A stretch of 64,000 nucleotides of DNA from Pseudogymnoascus verrucosus. Its lineage: Eukaryota. The notes under the pieces are model-generated. The model saw only the letters and a program-made list of their open reading frames with translations. It did not search any database and was not told the origin of the DNA. Location of the stretch: assembly GCA_001662655.1 (NCBI GenBank), contig KV460206.1; one strand, 5' to 3'. Of the stretch, positions 12,411-24,910 are shown in pieces; within the stretch, counting starts at the first letter, position 1, and each line of letters starts with the position of its first letter. The position numbers were made by a program, and so were the translations under genes.

Positions 12411-12898
12411 ACCAAGCACTTACCAGATCTAGCCTCATCTTTCACTCCTGCATTATGTTATACCCCATATAATATACAGTAGTAGTAGGTAATCTGCTTA
12501 ATAATATCCCTCACTCACCCCCTCTCCCCTCACTCACCCCTCTCCTCTCCCCGCCATCCCGCGCCCTTCCCTCTCTCCCACTCCTCCCACTCCCCCTCCC
12601 TCCCTCGCCGCATCCGCCCCTCCCTCCCTCACGCCGTACACCCATCCGTCCCGGCCAGTCCTCCGTCCCTCTCCCTTCCTCTCCCACCAAGCCAGCCAGC
12701 CGAACACGACCACCGTCTCCAATCCCGTATCCCCATTGACGAATCAAAAGCGTGTGTGAGTGGAGCTTACCTAACTTACCTAACTTTACGGAGGACAAAG
12801 GAGCTCTGTCCTCCGCCTGGCTGGATCCCCATCCATCAAATTGGGATTGGGATAGGATGGGGAAAAGCACAGACCACCAGTGGGACGACTGGGAAGTA

Positions 12899-12905
12899 TG
12901 ACTCA
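12899..12905. promoter_or_regulatory. Candidate Gcn4/Cpc1 response element TGACTCA far upstream of cpc-1
   Basis: ATGACTCAC matches the consensus TGA(C/G)TCA. Confidence 0.35.
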
Positions 12906-13669
12906 CACGGCCTCAGAGACTAGTGGCTACGGTGGACGAGGCGGCGTGTTGGTGGTGTGTGTGATGGGGTGGGGTGGATGGGGGGATAGGTGAGTGCCTG
13001 AGGCATAGATGGGCGTTGGTTGGTGGTGGCGCGGGGATGGCGGCTGATTTTTAAGGGGGGTGATTACAAAGGTGGTCCGTCTAGGCCGAGGCGTGTCTGT
13101 AAGGTAAGGTGGGATTGTGGGAAGGCAGAAGCGTGTCGTGTGTGGATGGTGGACTGCTTGGACATGCTGGATTGAGGATGGGGGATGGATGGGAGGGATG
13201 GGAGGGATGGGTTAGATGGGGATTCGTGCAGGTACGCGTGGATGGATACGAATGCGATGGGGTTGGTCTGGGATATGGGATACTGTGAGATGCTGTGGTG
13301 GGTGGTGTTGATGGGATTATATGGGACTGTGGGATAGATAGTATGGGATACTATGAGATACTACAGTGGAATGAACTGGCTCTATGACTGGAATCCCACA
13401 CTTACAATCATACAGCAATCATACAGCATCACCATATCATGTCCACCACGTAAAATCACAATAAACTCTCTTATTTGTCCTCTAAACATCGTATCGCATC
13501 TACGTATCCCATCCCTCCTCCCCGTCGTTTCAACATCCCTCCCTCTTCTCCCCCACATCGCCAAACAACTGCAGTGTGCTGTGCAGCAATACTATAGAGT
13601 TCCCCATGCACTGTCCATCACCACACACAAGCCATTACAAGCACCCCCCATCACCCCGGCAAGCAATTA

Positions 13670-13676
13670 TGAGTCA
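13670..13676. promoter_or_regulatory. Candidate Gcn4/Cpc1 response element TGAGTCA upstream of cpc-1 (autoregulation)
   Basis: ATGAGTCAG lies ~940 bp upstream of uORF1. Autoregulation through such sites is established for Aspergillus nidulans cpcA. Confidence 0.5.
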
Positions 13677-14607
13677 GAAAGAACACACCCCCAGTAGCCA
13701 ATCTCCCCTCTCCCTCCCATCCCACCAGAGCGGAAAAAACGACACTACATGTCCCATTCCCCCGCCGTTGTCCCTCCGCTCGATTGTCAGCCATTGGGTA
13801 GTCTCCGGCCAATGGGACACATGCACTGCCCCATCCTTCGCTACAGAATAGTGGAGATACTACAGCGGACGGCGCGGCGTGCGGACACTGCGCTCGCCGC
13901 GCATTGGTGATTTAATGGCCTGTCTGTCTGCTTACATGTACAGGCAGGGCGAGGCACAATGGCGTGGGGAGGTATCGACAAGGCGGATTGGTGGTGCGGG
14001 GGTACTTGGTACGGCTGTCGGTTGCCAGACTGTGGGAGATGGATCGGCGTTACTGTACTGTGATTGTTCCCACTGTTCGCCCTTTGCTGTCACCCCTGCT
14101 TTTTGTCTCAGTGGGAGAATGAGAGGAGGGGAATAGGTACACACCCGTTAGACTACAATTTCACACCACTTTAGGATACGTATCCCTGTCTTCCCTAATA
14201 GTTTGTCTGTGAAGAGTGTGCTCTGGTGTGCTGTGGTGTGCTGTGGTTTACTGTACTGTCGTATGTTCTCTTTTGCGGCTCCCTCCTACCAAAAGATACT
14301 TCCTCAAACCCTTCTTTTTTCGCTTGTTCTCTCCTCTAAACCGTTCCATCCACTCCCCCCTCCACTAACACACATAACTAACTCCACCCCCCTCCCCACC
14401 ACCCCCCCTACCACACCAAAAACTACAAACTACGACTTCCCACAGCCCACTAAGCGCTAAATTTGTCAGGCTGCCACGAAAATAGTTATAACCCACCCAC
14501 TGCCCCAGGCTTCACTTTTTTTCTTTTCTTCCCTTCTTTTCTCTCTTCAACCCAAAATACTATCACAACACAACAAATACATCAACACCATCGTCATCAT
14601 TCACAAA

Positions 14608-14616
14608 ATGGCTTAA
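14608..14616 (+). promoter_or_regulatory. cpc-1 uORF1 (ATG GCT TAA)
   Basis: cacaaaATGGCTTAA in strong context; a very short first uORF as in GCN4/cpc-1. Confidence 0.85.
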
Positions 14617-14812
14617 CCGCCCTTAGTCTTCCAGACGCTTTCAAGATTCATTTCGAAACTTTAAACAACTTACCCAACCCCACTCCACAATACCCAGTTC
14701 TTTTCGAAGACCTGAACAACAGCATTCCTCGGAACAGCTCAAGCTCTCAACAACTACCCACCACCATTCTACCTAACGTCTTTACGACGGCTTCCCAAAC
14801 CCTTCAGTCACC

Positions 14813-14962
14813 ATGGCCTACCCAACCCCAATCAACGAGCCCTTTGGCACCACAGCAATCGCAGCAACCCTCCCCACAGACGGATTATCAAACTCCTCCG
14901 GACTTCGTGCTCTTCCCGCGTCGTTCTCTCGAGGCGTCTCCCAACGCTCAGAATATCCCTAA
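14813..14962 (+). promoter_or_regulatory. cpc-1 uORF2 (49 codons, inhibitory type)
   Basis: ATG GCC TAC CCA ... TAT CCC TAA, out of frame with the main ORF. It is the only ATG between uORF1 and the main AUG. Confidence 0.85.
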
Positions 14963-15269
14963 TCTGCCCCGCAACCACGCCCCCAGTGGTAGCAATCGTC
15001 GTCACTCCGCAAACCCCCTGTCTGCCCCGTCCCTGCAGAACCAGAGAGTAGCCGCGATCATCCAAGGCACAGGCCATCAGATTTCTTCTCCAGCGTTTAC
15101 AAACCGGTATAATCCATTCCCGCAGCAACAGCAGTTCTACGCGCTGTCTGCCCCGTCGTCGTCCGCCGCTCTACAGTCCCAGATCAGGACCCGTCCCCAG
15201 GTCCCACTGTTCTCGCAGAGCACCGGCAACATCCATTCCAACAACAAGCAATCGTTCCCCCCCAACAAC

Positions 15270-16052
15270 ATGGCGCAAGGTAATTATTCACTGTCCCATT
15301 CACAACCCTGCGGTGATTCACACTCACACCTCCGCCCAGACATGAACTTATTCGACGACTTCGACTCGTTCGACCTCAAGTCCTCGGACAACATGAACTT
15401 CCCGGATCTCGACTACAAGTACTCTCCCGCAGTGCCCACCATGTACTCGCCCGCGCCAGCCATGAACCGAACCGATTCCGCGTCCACGAGCATGGGCACG
15501 GTGTCGCCGCAGGACCTCATGGTCCGCGACGCCACCTTCTCCGCGCCCAACTCCACCGTCTTCACGAACCTGACGTCGCCCTCCCAATACAACGAGTCGC
15601 CCGACTACCTCCACGACCTCGACGTCTCCCCGATGTACAACTCGGACGACCTCACCAACGGCGACCCGTGGTTCCCCCTCTTCCCCGAAGGCGACGCTTC
15701 CTTCCCCGCCCCCGTCGCGGTTGACACTTCTCCTCTCGCCGTTGACGAGGAGCTCGAGGTTGGTGACGCTCTCCGCGAGCGCCGCCGTCGCTCCGACAGC
15801 TCTCCTCACTCCAAGGCCGCTTCGGCAGCCGCGGGAGTCAGCGCCCGCAAGCGCAACCAGCCCCTCCCACCCATCGTGGTCGAGGATCCCAACGACACTG
15901 TCGCCATCAAGCGCGCGCGCAACACTCTTGCAGCGCGTAAGTCGAGGCAGAAGAAGATGGAGCGCTTTGACGAGCTTGAGGCGGAGATTGCAAAGATCGC
16001 TGCCGAGAGGGATATGTGGAAGGCGAAAGCGCTCGCGAGGGGCGCAAACTGA
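15270..16052 (+). CDS. cpc-1: Cross-pathway control bZIP transcription factor Cpc1/CpcA (Gcn4 orthologue)
   Basis: Motifs GTVSPQDL, SAPNSTVFTNLTSPS, WFPLFP and the bZIP PLPPIVVEDPNDTVAIKRARNTLAARKSRQKK. Main AUG at 15270; intron 15280-15339. Confidence 0.96.
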   Translation: MAQGNYSLSHSQPCGDSHSHLRPDMNLFDDFDSFDLKSSDNMNFPDLDYKYSPAVPTMYSPAPAMNRTDSASTSMGTVSPQDLMVRDATFSAPNSTVFTNLTSPSQYNESPDYLHDLDVSPMYNSDDLTNGDPWFPLFPEGDASFPAPVAVDTSPLAVDEELEVGDALRERRRRSDSSPHSKAASAAAGVSARKRNQPLPPIVVEDPNDTVAIKRARNTLAARKSRQKKMERFDELEAEIAKIAAERDMWKAKALARGAN

Positions 16053-17164
16053 TGTTTCGCTTGACATCATCACACTTTTCTTCACATTGATTGGGGTTGG
16101 GAGGCTTGCTGCGCTCTCGGCCCTGGGTAGTTTCGGAGGCAGTCTTTGGCTTTGTCCAAACTCTGCCGTGGGTTTCAACAAAAGTTCTCTATTTCTTTTT
16201 ACTGGACATTGTACGTTTCTTTGTGCGGAGTGTATTACGGATTTTCACGACCTTTTTTGTTTTCTCGAAGACTTTAACTTCTCACTGTTTATTACGAATT
16301 GCGTTTGGGACTCCTGAGAGTGAAAAAGTTTACATCGGGGAATGGAAAGAAAGGAAGGATATGAAGAGATCCGGCCCGCGTTGCTTTTTATATTTGGTGT
16401 CCTCCCCCTTCAATGGGGTTGAAGGGCTTTTGCTTATACATGTTGTTCGATTGTGTTCCGACTCTCTTGCCTTCTCTCCCATCGTGGAAGACTTTGCGGC
16501 GGGGAAGGGGGAGAGGAACGGTGACCAGCTTTTTCTTGCTTTTTGTGTTAGAACAGACACCTTAATAGTTTTTATGTTCGGTGTTGGGCCTCGTAGAGGT
16601 TTAGCGTTGGGCTTAGAATTGAAGATGCGTTGGTTTTGATATCTTCTTATGACTTCTTGCTTGACTTGATGTGAATCGTGATCTGTTGCTTGATGCGTAA
16701 ATATCTCCTACAACTCAACCCATACATACGTCAACCTCCCCTCCTGTCACCAATATCCAACCCCAGACGCGCCCCAATGAATCTAAAATGCTACTATCCC
16801 TACTACACACCACCACCCTCTCGTCATCTCCTCCCAAACCATCCCCAGCGCAACACTTCCTCTCCTTACTTTATAAAACCCCATCCTCTAAGTCCCCATT
16901 CCATCCCTCACAGCCCTCGTAATTCTCATCTCCGCTCCCCCCTCTTTCTATCCCGGAGCATGGGATTTAGTAGCTACAACCTTGTCACAATTCCAGTTTA
17001 TAGCCACGCCATTACGACTCATAGAGGAGCTACAGTACTAATGGCAACCACGATCGAGACAGAGCCACCTGTTTATAGTGCACAAAAAGCTAGGGGAGCT
17101 TTGAACTTGTAGAGAGTGAGTGGGTATATGGTAGGCACGACTGGCTTATGGTATATGGTATGGA

Positions 17165-17455
17165 AGGAAGGAACGACGTATGTGCACCTGCCATTATTAT
17201 GGTATATATCATGGTGAGAAGGTAACGACTGACGGCACCTGCCACTATTTATGGTACATATCATGGTGGGAAGGAACGAGTGATGGCACCTGCTACTATT
17301 ATGATATATACTATGGTGGGAAGGAACGACTGAGTGAGGGCACCTGCCATTATTATGTGATATATATTATAGTAGAAGGAACGATGTATGGCACCTGCTA
17401 CTATTATAGTGTATATATGGTGCAGAAGGAACGACCTATGGCACCTGCCACTTAT
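17165..17455. repeat. ~50-bp minisatellite, 6 units: GAAGGAACGAC..GGCACCTGCYAYTATTAT..TATAT..ATGGT
   Basis: Six successive gcacctgc cores, each preceded by gaagg(t)aacga. Confidence 0.9.
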
Positions 17456-17899
17456 GTATTGTATGACATCTCCAAGTTATGGAAACTACGATTGACCCGC
17501 GCACCTGCCGTTTTTAAGATTTGTATGAAGGGTTTCCATAGGCTCTTGGAGTATGAGAGAGTGATTGAACAGCTCCCCCACTTTCAACTTCAAAAAGGGG
17601 GTTGTCCGCATGTTTACACGGCTATGTGTTATAAGAAGGGGCAGCGGGGATTCTAGCAATGTGGAAGGGGAGGTGGAAAGCTCAATATAACGATTGAACT
17701 TGTTTGAGGACGGGAGGGGGAAGAGGGGCGTGTCGGCCTTGGTGGATGGATGGGTAGTGGGAGTGGTGGAGGTGGAATGATATATAGCAGATGTGAACCA
17801 CCCATACATTCAAACCCCATGCTCCCACAAAATGGCATAAATCTTGTATTAATATTGATATTATCTCCCCTCCCCCCCGCCCCCCAAAATACCCCCTAT

Positions 17900-18463
17900 C
17901 TATGAAGGACCCCAACTCCTCCCCTCCCTCGCCAGCTCCTCCCTAACCTCCTCCTCAGCAAGCTGCCTCATAATCCCCTCCTCATACCTCCGCCTCTCCT
18001 CCAGAGCCTTCAACCGTTCCCTCACCCCCCTCACCCCCTCCTCCTCCGCAATCCTAGTCGCCCTCTCCACCTCCTCCGGCCCCAACCTCTGCATCTCCTC
18101 CCTCGGCGCGCGCACACGGTCCTCTTCGGTTCTCAAGCCTGATATACCCCTCCCCCCCCCTACCATGGCGCGGGGGACTACCGGCGTCTGGTGGTCAGCT
18201 GTGGAATCGAGAAACGCAGACGATTCCAAAACCCAGCCATTCGCGCGTTTATACTGAATCGGCACCTCTCCCGTCTCCTCCATCCCCCTCCTAATCTCCT
18301 CACCCATCCTTATCAGGTTCGCCTCTATATCCCTCCGCAGCGGATCCGATGAATCCCCACCCAGAAGGGGCTCATCCCCGCGGTAATGCACGCGCCTGCT
18401 CGCGCTCCGATACGCCATCCCGCGCCCATCGGGACCCAGCCACGGCGGTCCTCCCTGCGAAGA
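17900..18463 (-). CDS. Charged, coiled-coil-like ORF; separate small gene or spliced 3' exon of PEX20
   Basis: 172-aa Glu/Arg-rich ORF preceded by a GCTAAC branch site (18480-18475) and TAG/CAG acceptors; same reading frame as PEX20. Confidence 0.45.
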   Translation of the reverse strand, partial: SSQGGPPWLGPDGRGMAYRSASRRVHYRGDEPLLGGDSSDPLRRDIEANLIRMGEEIRRGMEETGEVPIQYKRANGWVLESSAFLDSTADHQTPVVPRAMVGGGRGISGLRTEEDRVRAPREEMQRLGPEEVERATRIAEEEGVRGVRERLKALEERRRYEEGIMRQLAEEEVREELAREGRSWGPS

Positions 18464-18595
18464 CTGCCTAGGGGGTTAGCGCGTCTGAGACGGGTATCAG
18501 CGTCTGTGAGCTGAGCTGAGCGGAGCGGGGGGCCAGCCGAGGGTGGCGCGCGAGGAGGCGCAGAGTATGGAGGCGTGGTGCGTTGAGGTGGGCCG

Positions 18596-19650
18596 TCACG
18601 AAGTCGGGGCGAGGGCGGGGGCGGGAGGACTCACGTTATCTGCTCCCCCGGCCGGCCCGCCCATTCCCGCCTCGGATGCGGGCATGATGGTGTCTCCTTC
18701 TACTACGACCTCTTTATCCCGCAGCTGCCGCATGAGTTGCAGAAACTGGCTGTTGGCGAATTTATCGCTCTGGTCGCCCTGCACGCTCGTCAGGAGCGCG
18801 CCGGCTGTGCGGGCGAGATCATCGCTTTCTTGGGCGGGTGTGAGGTGTTGTTGGGAGGGCGCGTCGGGGTGGTGAATTGCGTCTGCGCCGATTGGGGCGG
18901 CTGTGAGGTGGCCTTCTTGGAGGGCGTGAGAGAGGGAGGCTTGTTCGGATTGCAGCTCTGATTGTGCGGCTTGGTCGAAGGCGGCAGCGAAGGCAGCTTC
19001 GTCGAAGGTGCCGATCTCGGAGTTGAGTTGTTGGGGTTGCTCGGGGTGCATTTGCTGAGCGGGTTGGTACATGGGGGTTTGGTACATGGGCTGTCCGCCC
19101 ATGCCGAAGGGGGTTGTGGCGAGGGAGGAGAGGCGCTCGAGAGGGGCGTTGTAGGAGTGTTGCTGTTGTTGTGGCATTCCGGCTTGGGTATTATTCATCT
19201 GTGCGAATTCCTGGTGCCATCCCCCCGCGTGCTGGGCCTGTGGGAGACCCTGCTGCTGCATCCCTGGGGACGCGATGGCCAGGCGCTGGAAATCGTTCGC
19301 CCATGATGCGCCAGGGCCGGCATTCATGTGCTGCCCCGGCTGGGGGGTGTGCGCGTGCTGGAAGCCGGGGTGGAAGCCGGCTTCGGGGTGTTGGAGGGGG
19401 AGCTGGCCGGCTTGGAAGGCTTCGAATTCGGGGTCGAGAGTGCGGGCGCTGGGACCGGCGCTGCGGAAGCCCTGGGTTGGTGTTAGAGGGTGTGGTGAGG
19501 GTGGGATTTGGAGGGGGGATGAGATGGGGATCTTACTTGTGATTGTGGCGTTCGGGCGGAGAGGCGGTCTTGTTGGAGGGTTCGGTCGCCTTGGCTTTGT
19601 TTTTGGAAGTTTTGGAGGGCGTTGGAGGGGCCGCACATGGAGTCGGCCAT
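18596..19650 (-). CDS. PEX20: Peroxisomal PTS2 co-receptor Pex20-like
   Basis: N-terminus MADSMCGPSNALQNFQK with the conserved Cys; WxxxF motifs (WANDF, WHQEF); C-terminal KFANSQFLQLMRQLRDKEVVVEG resembles the Pex7-binding segment; no TPR domain. Intron 19472-19536. Confidence 0.8.
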
Positions 19651-20120
19651 TTTGGCGGTTTGTTGTGTTGTTGGTTTGTTGTAGATGTGAAGTATGAAGT
19701 TCGGGGGGAGGTTGTGATATTCGGTCCGTGGTATCAAGCCGAGGCTATCTCGGTGACTGGAATGGTATTGTGTGTGATAGCGGCCCGAGACAGCGGTTCT
19801 ATATGCGTCAATGTAGAAATTACTGGAACAAACAAACGTCAATGAGAAATGCGAGCAAACAAGTGCTTTTATGGTCGCTTTCACAGGCAAAATCGTGTAT
19901 TGGTTAGGTCAATATTAAGGAAGCTGGGGATTCCATGATGTAGGCGGGGGTCTAATTGGGTGGGTCCAGCCGGGCGAGTCTTGGCTCGGAGCGCGCACTT
20001 CAACCCACTCAGCCTCAAGAACAAGGCCACGATAGGACACATAAGGGATTCAAACATTCACCAGCAACAGCCTCTCAATTACCACAACTCTTGTTTCCTG
20101 GTGCTCCAAACTTTGTCAAC

Positions 20121-21331
20121 ATGGTAAGCACGTCTCTTGATTGCCGGATTCCTGACAATCCTGCATTCCTGGCTGCGGCGAGGTGATGGACGGCGCTAAT
20201 ACGAAGCTATAGGCACAAGTTATCACCAACTCGGGGCACGATGACATGATCGTAAGTCTATCCCCCACCAACCCGCTGAGTTTACGGAGGAGGCGGGCAT
20301 CAGAGAGGGATATGTCAGGATATAAGTCTGGATGTTAACACCCTGCCAGCACGATGCAGTCCTCGACTACTACGGGCGCCGTCTCGCGACTTGCTCTTCA
20401 GACCGCACCGTGAAGATATTCGAGGTGGATGGAGAAACACACAAATTACAAGAGACATTAAAAGGGTACGCCACGTCTCCCCCTGCGGACCGTTTTGTCC
20501 CTTCCCCCCCCTTTCCCTCCATCTCCCACGCCCCTCCCATCTCTCCCCCCTCCCCCTCCTCTCCCACCCCTCTAACACCCCTCCAGCCACGAAGGCGCCG
20601 TCTGGTGCGTCTCCTGGGCGCACCCCAAATACGGCAACATCCTCGCCTCGGCCGGCTACGACGGCAAAGTCTTCATCTGGCGGGAATCCAACTCAACCTG
20701 GTCCCGCGTCTTCGACTTCGCCCTGCACACCGCCTCCGTGAACATCATCTCCTGGTCGCCCCACGAATCCGGCTGCCTCCTCGCCTGCGCCAGCTCCGAC
20801 GGCAACGTGTCCGTCCTCGAATTCAAGGACAACAGCATGGACCACAAGATCTTCCAAGCGCACGGCATGGGCGTGAACAGCGTTTCCTGGGCCCCTAGCG
20901 CCGCACCAGGCAGCTTGGTTAGCGCAGGTGGCGCGGCGGCGGGCGCACAGCGCCGCTTTGTTACGGGGGGGAGCGATAATACCCTCAGGCTGTGGGCGTA
21001 TGACCAGGCGAGCCAGACGTATAAGCAGGAGGGTGCTGCGCTGACGGGACACACGGACTGGGTGCGCGATGTGGCGTGGTCGCCGTCGGTGCTGCAGAAG
21101 TCGTACATTGCGTCTGCGTCGCAGGATAAGACGGTGCGGATCTGGACGAGCGATGCGGCGCACCCGGGGCAGTGGGAGAGCAAGGAGCTCAAGTTTGATG
21201 CGGTTATCTGGCGCGTCAGCTGGAGCTTGAGCGGGAATGTGTTGGCGGTTAGTGGGCAGGATAACAAGGTTAGCTTGTGGACTGAGAACTTGAGCGGCGA
21301 GTGGGAGTGCGTCAAGACGATTGAGGAGTAA
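20121..21331 (+). CDS. SEC13: COPII / nuclear pore / SEA complex WD40 protein Sec13
   Basis: ATG|intron, [88 protein letters not shown]. Confidence 0.96.
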
Positions 21332-21877
21332 GCTGGAGATAGGGATGGTGGTTACGGTGTTCCGAATTTGGCGTTGCGGGAAAAGCAGTGAGCATACCCG
21401 GTCTTACTGTGGGCTGAGCATAGATAATCAAACTTTGCCATGTACCATTTCTACAATCCCTTTGGAATACATGATGCTATGTGGTCCAGATTGAGTTTGT
21501 TGATGAACCCAGGTTTCAGGGTCTCAAATCTAGAACGGGGTCAGCTGTGCTCACTGCCGTGCCTCTCAAACCACCATATTTGTATCACAGAGAAACAAAC
21601 AGTATGTGGGAAACATTTTTTATTTATTCTCCATGCAGCGCTTGATCGATACTCTGCAGCTATACTACCGAGAATTTATATAAGGCACAGTGCATGCTCT
21701 CAGATTGTTGACAATGCACAGCCAATTCTCGAAAATCCGACCAGAACATGTGAAATGATCCGGAAATAGCATCGACGCTCACCTGCCCCAGCAAATTGGA
21801 TATCACTATATAATATATATGCTGCATGTCAGCAAAGCAAATCGTCTTCAGAGTTCAGATACTAGCAATGCAGCTTG

Positions 21878-23958
21878 CTATCCGACCGTTTTCTCCTCGA
21901 CGCGATCCAAGAACTTCAGTGCATCGTCAGTGGTTCTCATTTTGTCTTCCACAGAGCCTGAAACTCTCCAAAAGATGAATGGCCCGCAGTATGTGTGACC
22001 ACGCTCCACTGTTCCGGTCGGGCACCACCATCTCCCCAACATGATTTGGTTGCCGGGAAGCACGCAACCCTCATATGCCCAGAAACTCGTGAGACCAGTG
22101 CCATACGTCCCGTGGATACAAGGAAGATACTTCAGCATTGAGACACGCTGGAAGCCTGGAATTCCTTCCTGGGGTGGAAGGCCATGCATGCGACCATGGA
22201 GGTGGTAGTCGACGTCGCTCCGACCCAGACCGAAAAAGTCTTGGACCTTCGGCATCACCTTCTCTCCACTAACTTTGTCCGTATATTCTCCTTTCGGGCC
22301 CGCTTTCAACCACACCTCCATTTCCGGCGGACATGCCAACTGGGGGGTGCTTCTCAGGTCTGAAAACAACGTGAGATCCTGTTAGAGTGGGTTAGGGCAT
22401 TGTCCTAGAAGTTAGGTTCGAAGACATACCTGGAACCCATTGTTCCCATCTGTCGTCTCATCGACAATATTCTGATAATTTTCTCCAAGACGATACACCT
22501 CCAGATCTTCTTCGTGGAGAAAGGCTGTAAGGTGTTAGCGTCTGACATACTCGACTTTCACTTGGCGGAACTCACTGAATGCCCCTTTCCAATATGGGCC
22601 AAGCTTCTGCGTTCCACTTTTCAGTTTGCCAGACCAAGCCATTGGCAACTCGCTCTTGTCAAGCTGCTCATACATATGAGCCAGAATGCCTTCTCCATCA
22701 GGCGTCTTAAAATGGAATTTGAAGAAGTTCGCCGTGTGTAAAAACCACAGAATGTTGATTTCATTCTTGTTTCGTCCTAGAAACAAGGGGGCTTCAATAA
22801 AACACTTATAGACCTGCTCTTGTGATGCAAGGAATACATTGGTCTTGATATTGCATATTTGAGGATGCAAAAGGAGATGAATGAAGCAGAGTCTAACCAC
22901 CATCGCGAGTCTCTCTTGTCGTGGTGGTTTCTTCTTGGGTGTGAAGTCATATCGTGTTCCCGCAATATTGAGTAGCAGGTCGGTTCCTTTGGGTCGAACA
23001 TCGTGACCGGTATATTGTAAATATTTCAAGAAGAAGCGGTGGTTGAGACCGCTGACAGTTTCGTTGTCATATGCGTCTCGAACAATGTGACCATTCGACT
23101 CTGTGGGCGAGTAAGTATATGTCTCTGCTCAAGACTATGAAAGGAAGCTCTTACCAATAATCATTTCCTTCAGCATATCAAGGCAAGCCTTTTGGTGAGA
23201 CAACGTGCCATTTTCAAATGAGGCGAATCTGATTGCGATGCCTCTCCGTTTCTTGTATTGGGCCTGTAGGTTGACCGTACCTGCACCTGGGATACCATCA
23301 AAGGTTTTCAGGAATCTCATCTGCCAGACAATGGGACCAACATATGCCCGAAGTGCCTTGCATGAGGCGCCATAGTGGTTGACGTCTTCGTCACCAGGGA
23401 GAAATTGAATGATGTTTTGATGAATCTAGAAATAAATAGTCAGCAACAGAAACGAATGGGCATGTAAAGACACGAAAAGTAATAGACAAAAGCAAACATA
23501 TTCATCATGGCACAGATCGGTGTCTTCCAACAGGCCGTGGCAGATCTGGGGTGGGTGAGGTCGAGAGCATTCGAACTTACCTCGAGTGGAAGATCGAGGA
23601 GGACAGTTCCCGGCATAGCTTCTGACTTCACAGATGGAGTCTTTATGCTTTCGACTTCGGAAGGTGGAGATGGATAACTCAGTCTGGCCTTGTTGGCCCT
23701 GGCTTTGTTGGCTCTTGGGCGCTTTGTTGGTGATGGGTGGATCTCAGACTCGGATTCGGGTCCGCCACCGTCCATATAAACGACCTTGTCTCTTTTTCTC
23801 GAGGGAGATTGATCAGAGCCAATGTATAAGGCTGATGATAAGTGATTGGCTGTTGATGTGGGGGAAGAGTAAGTTTGTGAACGAAGTGAGCTTCTTCGTT
23901 CCGTCGGAATGAAGAAGTCCTCGATCTCCCGGGACGGGCGTTCGCGAAGGGTGACCAT
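21878..23958 (-). CDS. F-box domain protein of unknown target, multi-exon
   Basis: Splicing at ~23580 gives LLDLPLE|IHQNIIQFLPGDEDVNHYGASCKALR, an F-box-like motif. C-terminal FWAYEGCVLPGNQIMLGRWW..GPFIFW. Exon boundaries are approximate. Confidence 0.7.
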
Positions 23959-24910
23959 GTTGATCGGTGTATTGGAAAGGTAAATAAAAAGCTAATGGTG
24001 TTTGGTTATGAGAGGGTTCGTTGAAAGAATTCTTGTTTCTGAGCACCCGCAGTTATAAAGTTGTGAATGTCGGATGAGGAAGGCGAGATCCACGAACACA
24101 GATCGATCTACGACAAGTAGGGAGGGTAAAAGCAATAAGCAGTACCGGGAGGGTGCTCCGCTTATTGTCGATTATTGATATCGTTCAGACAGAGAGGGGA
24201 AGACTGTTATCTGATTGTCGATGTGGAAAGTGAGAGGTCCCCGAATCTGTAAGTCGGAAGGTGCAACCCTTTTGGTCGGGGAGCACTTGCCTAGCCCGAA
24301 CCTAAACAACTACCCTTCGAGAATCAGGGACATGCGAGTGGCGCTCCAGTATTGCAAGCTATTTATGCGGCAGCTCATATTCGGCGAGAATATAGTTTTT
24401 TATATGAAGGCCATAATCGACGAGAGTGCCCAACGTTCGATGGGACGATGTGAGAATCTGTCGAGTCTCACGTCTCTATGAACTCTATTTCAGGTGGAGA
24501 AGCCATTCGCAAACTATAAATTACCATAGGGCCCTATTTATATAGTTATTATGTCACAATTAACAAAGAGGTAGTCAATTTCTTTAATAGTTTCTGAATA
24601 ATCGCCAGAATGTGATAAACTAGCCCATGCTCATTCTACATGACGCACATTCGGGACGGCCCGCATTCAACGTTCCTGTCGTCGAGCAACTGGACATTAC
24701 TTTATTATATCCTCCTTTCATTAAATTGCAGGTCGAATTATGTGGGATGTATATTTATTGCTCCCTACGTTACTCTCGGCGCAGTCTTCAGGTATCTTCA
24801 TAAGCAAATAATTTCCATTCGTTAATTTTCCGTTATATATTCAACTATATACAAATTCAAATAAACGTGCTCAGCGAGACTCCCACACCACCGTCCATAC
24901 ATCGCCGTGT

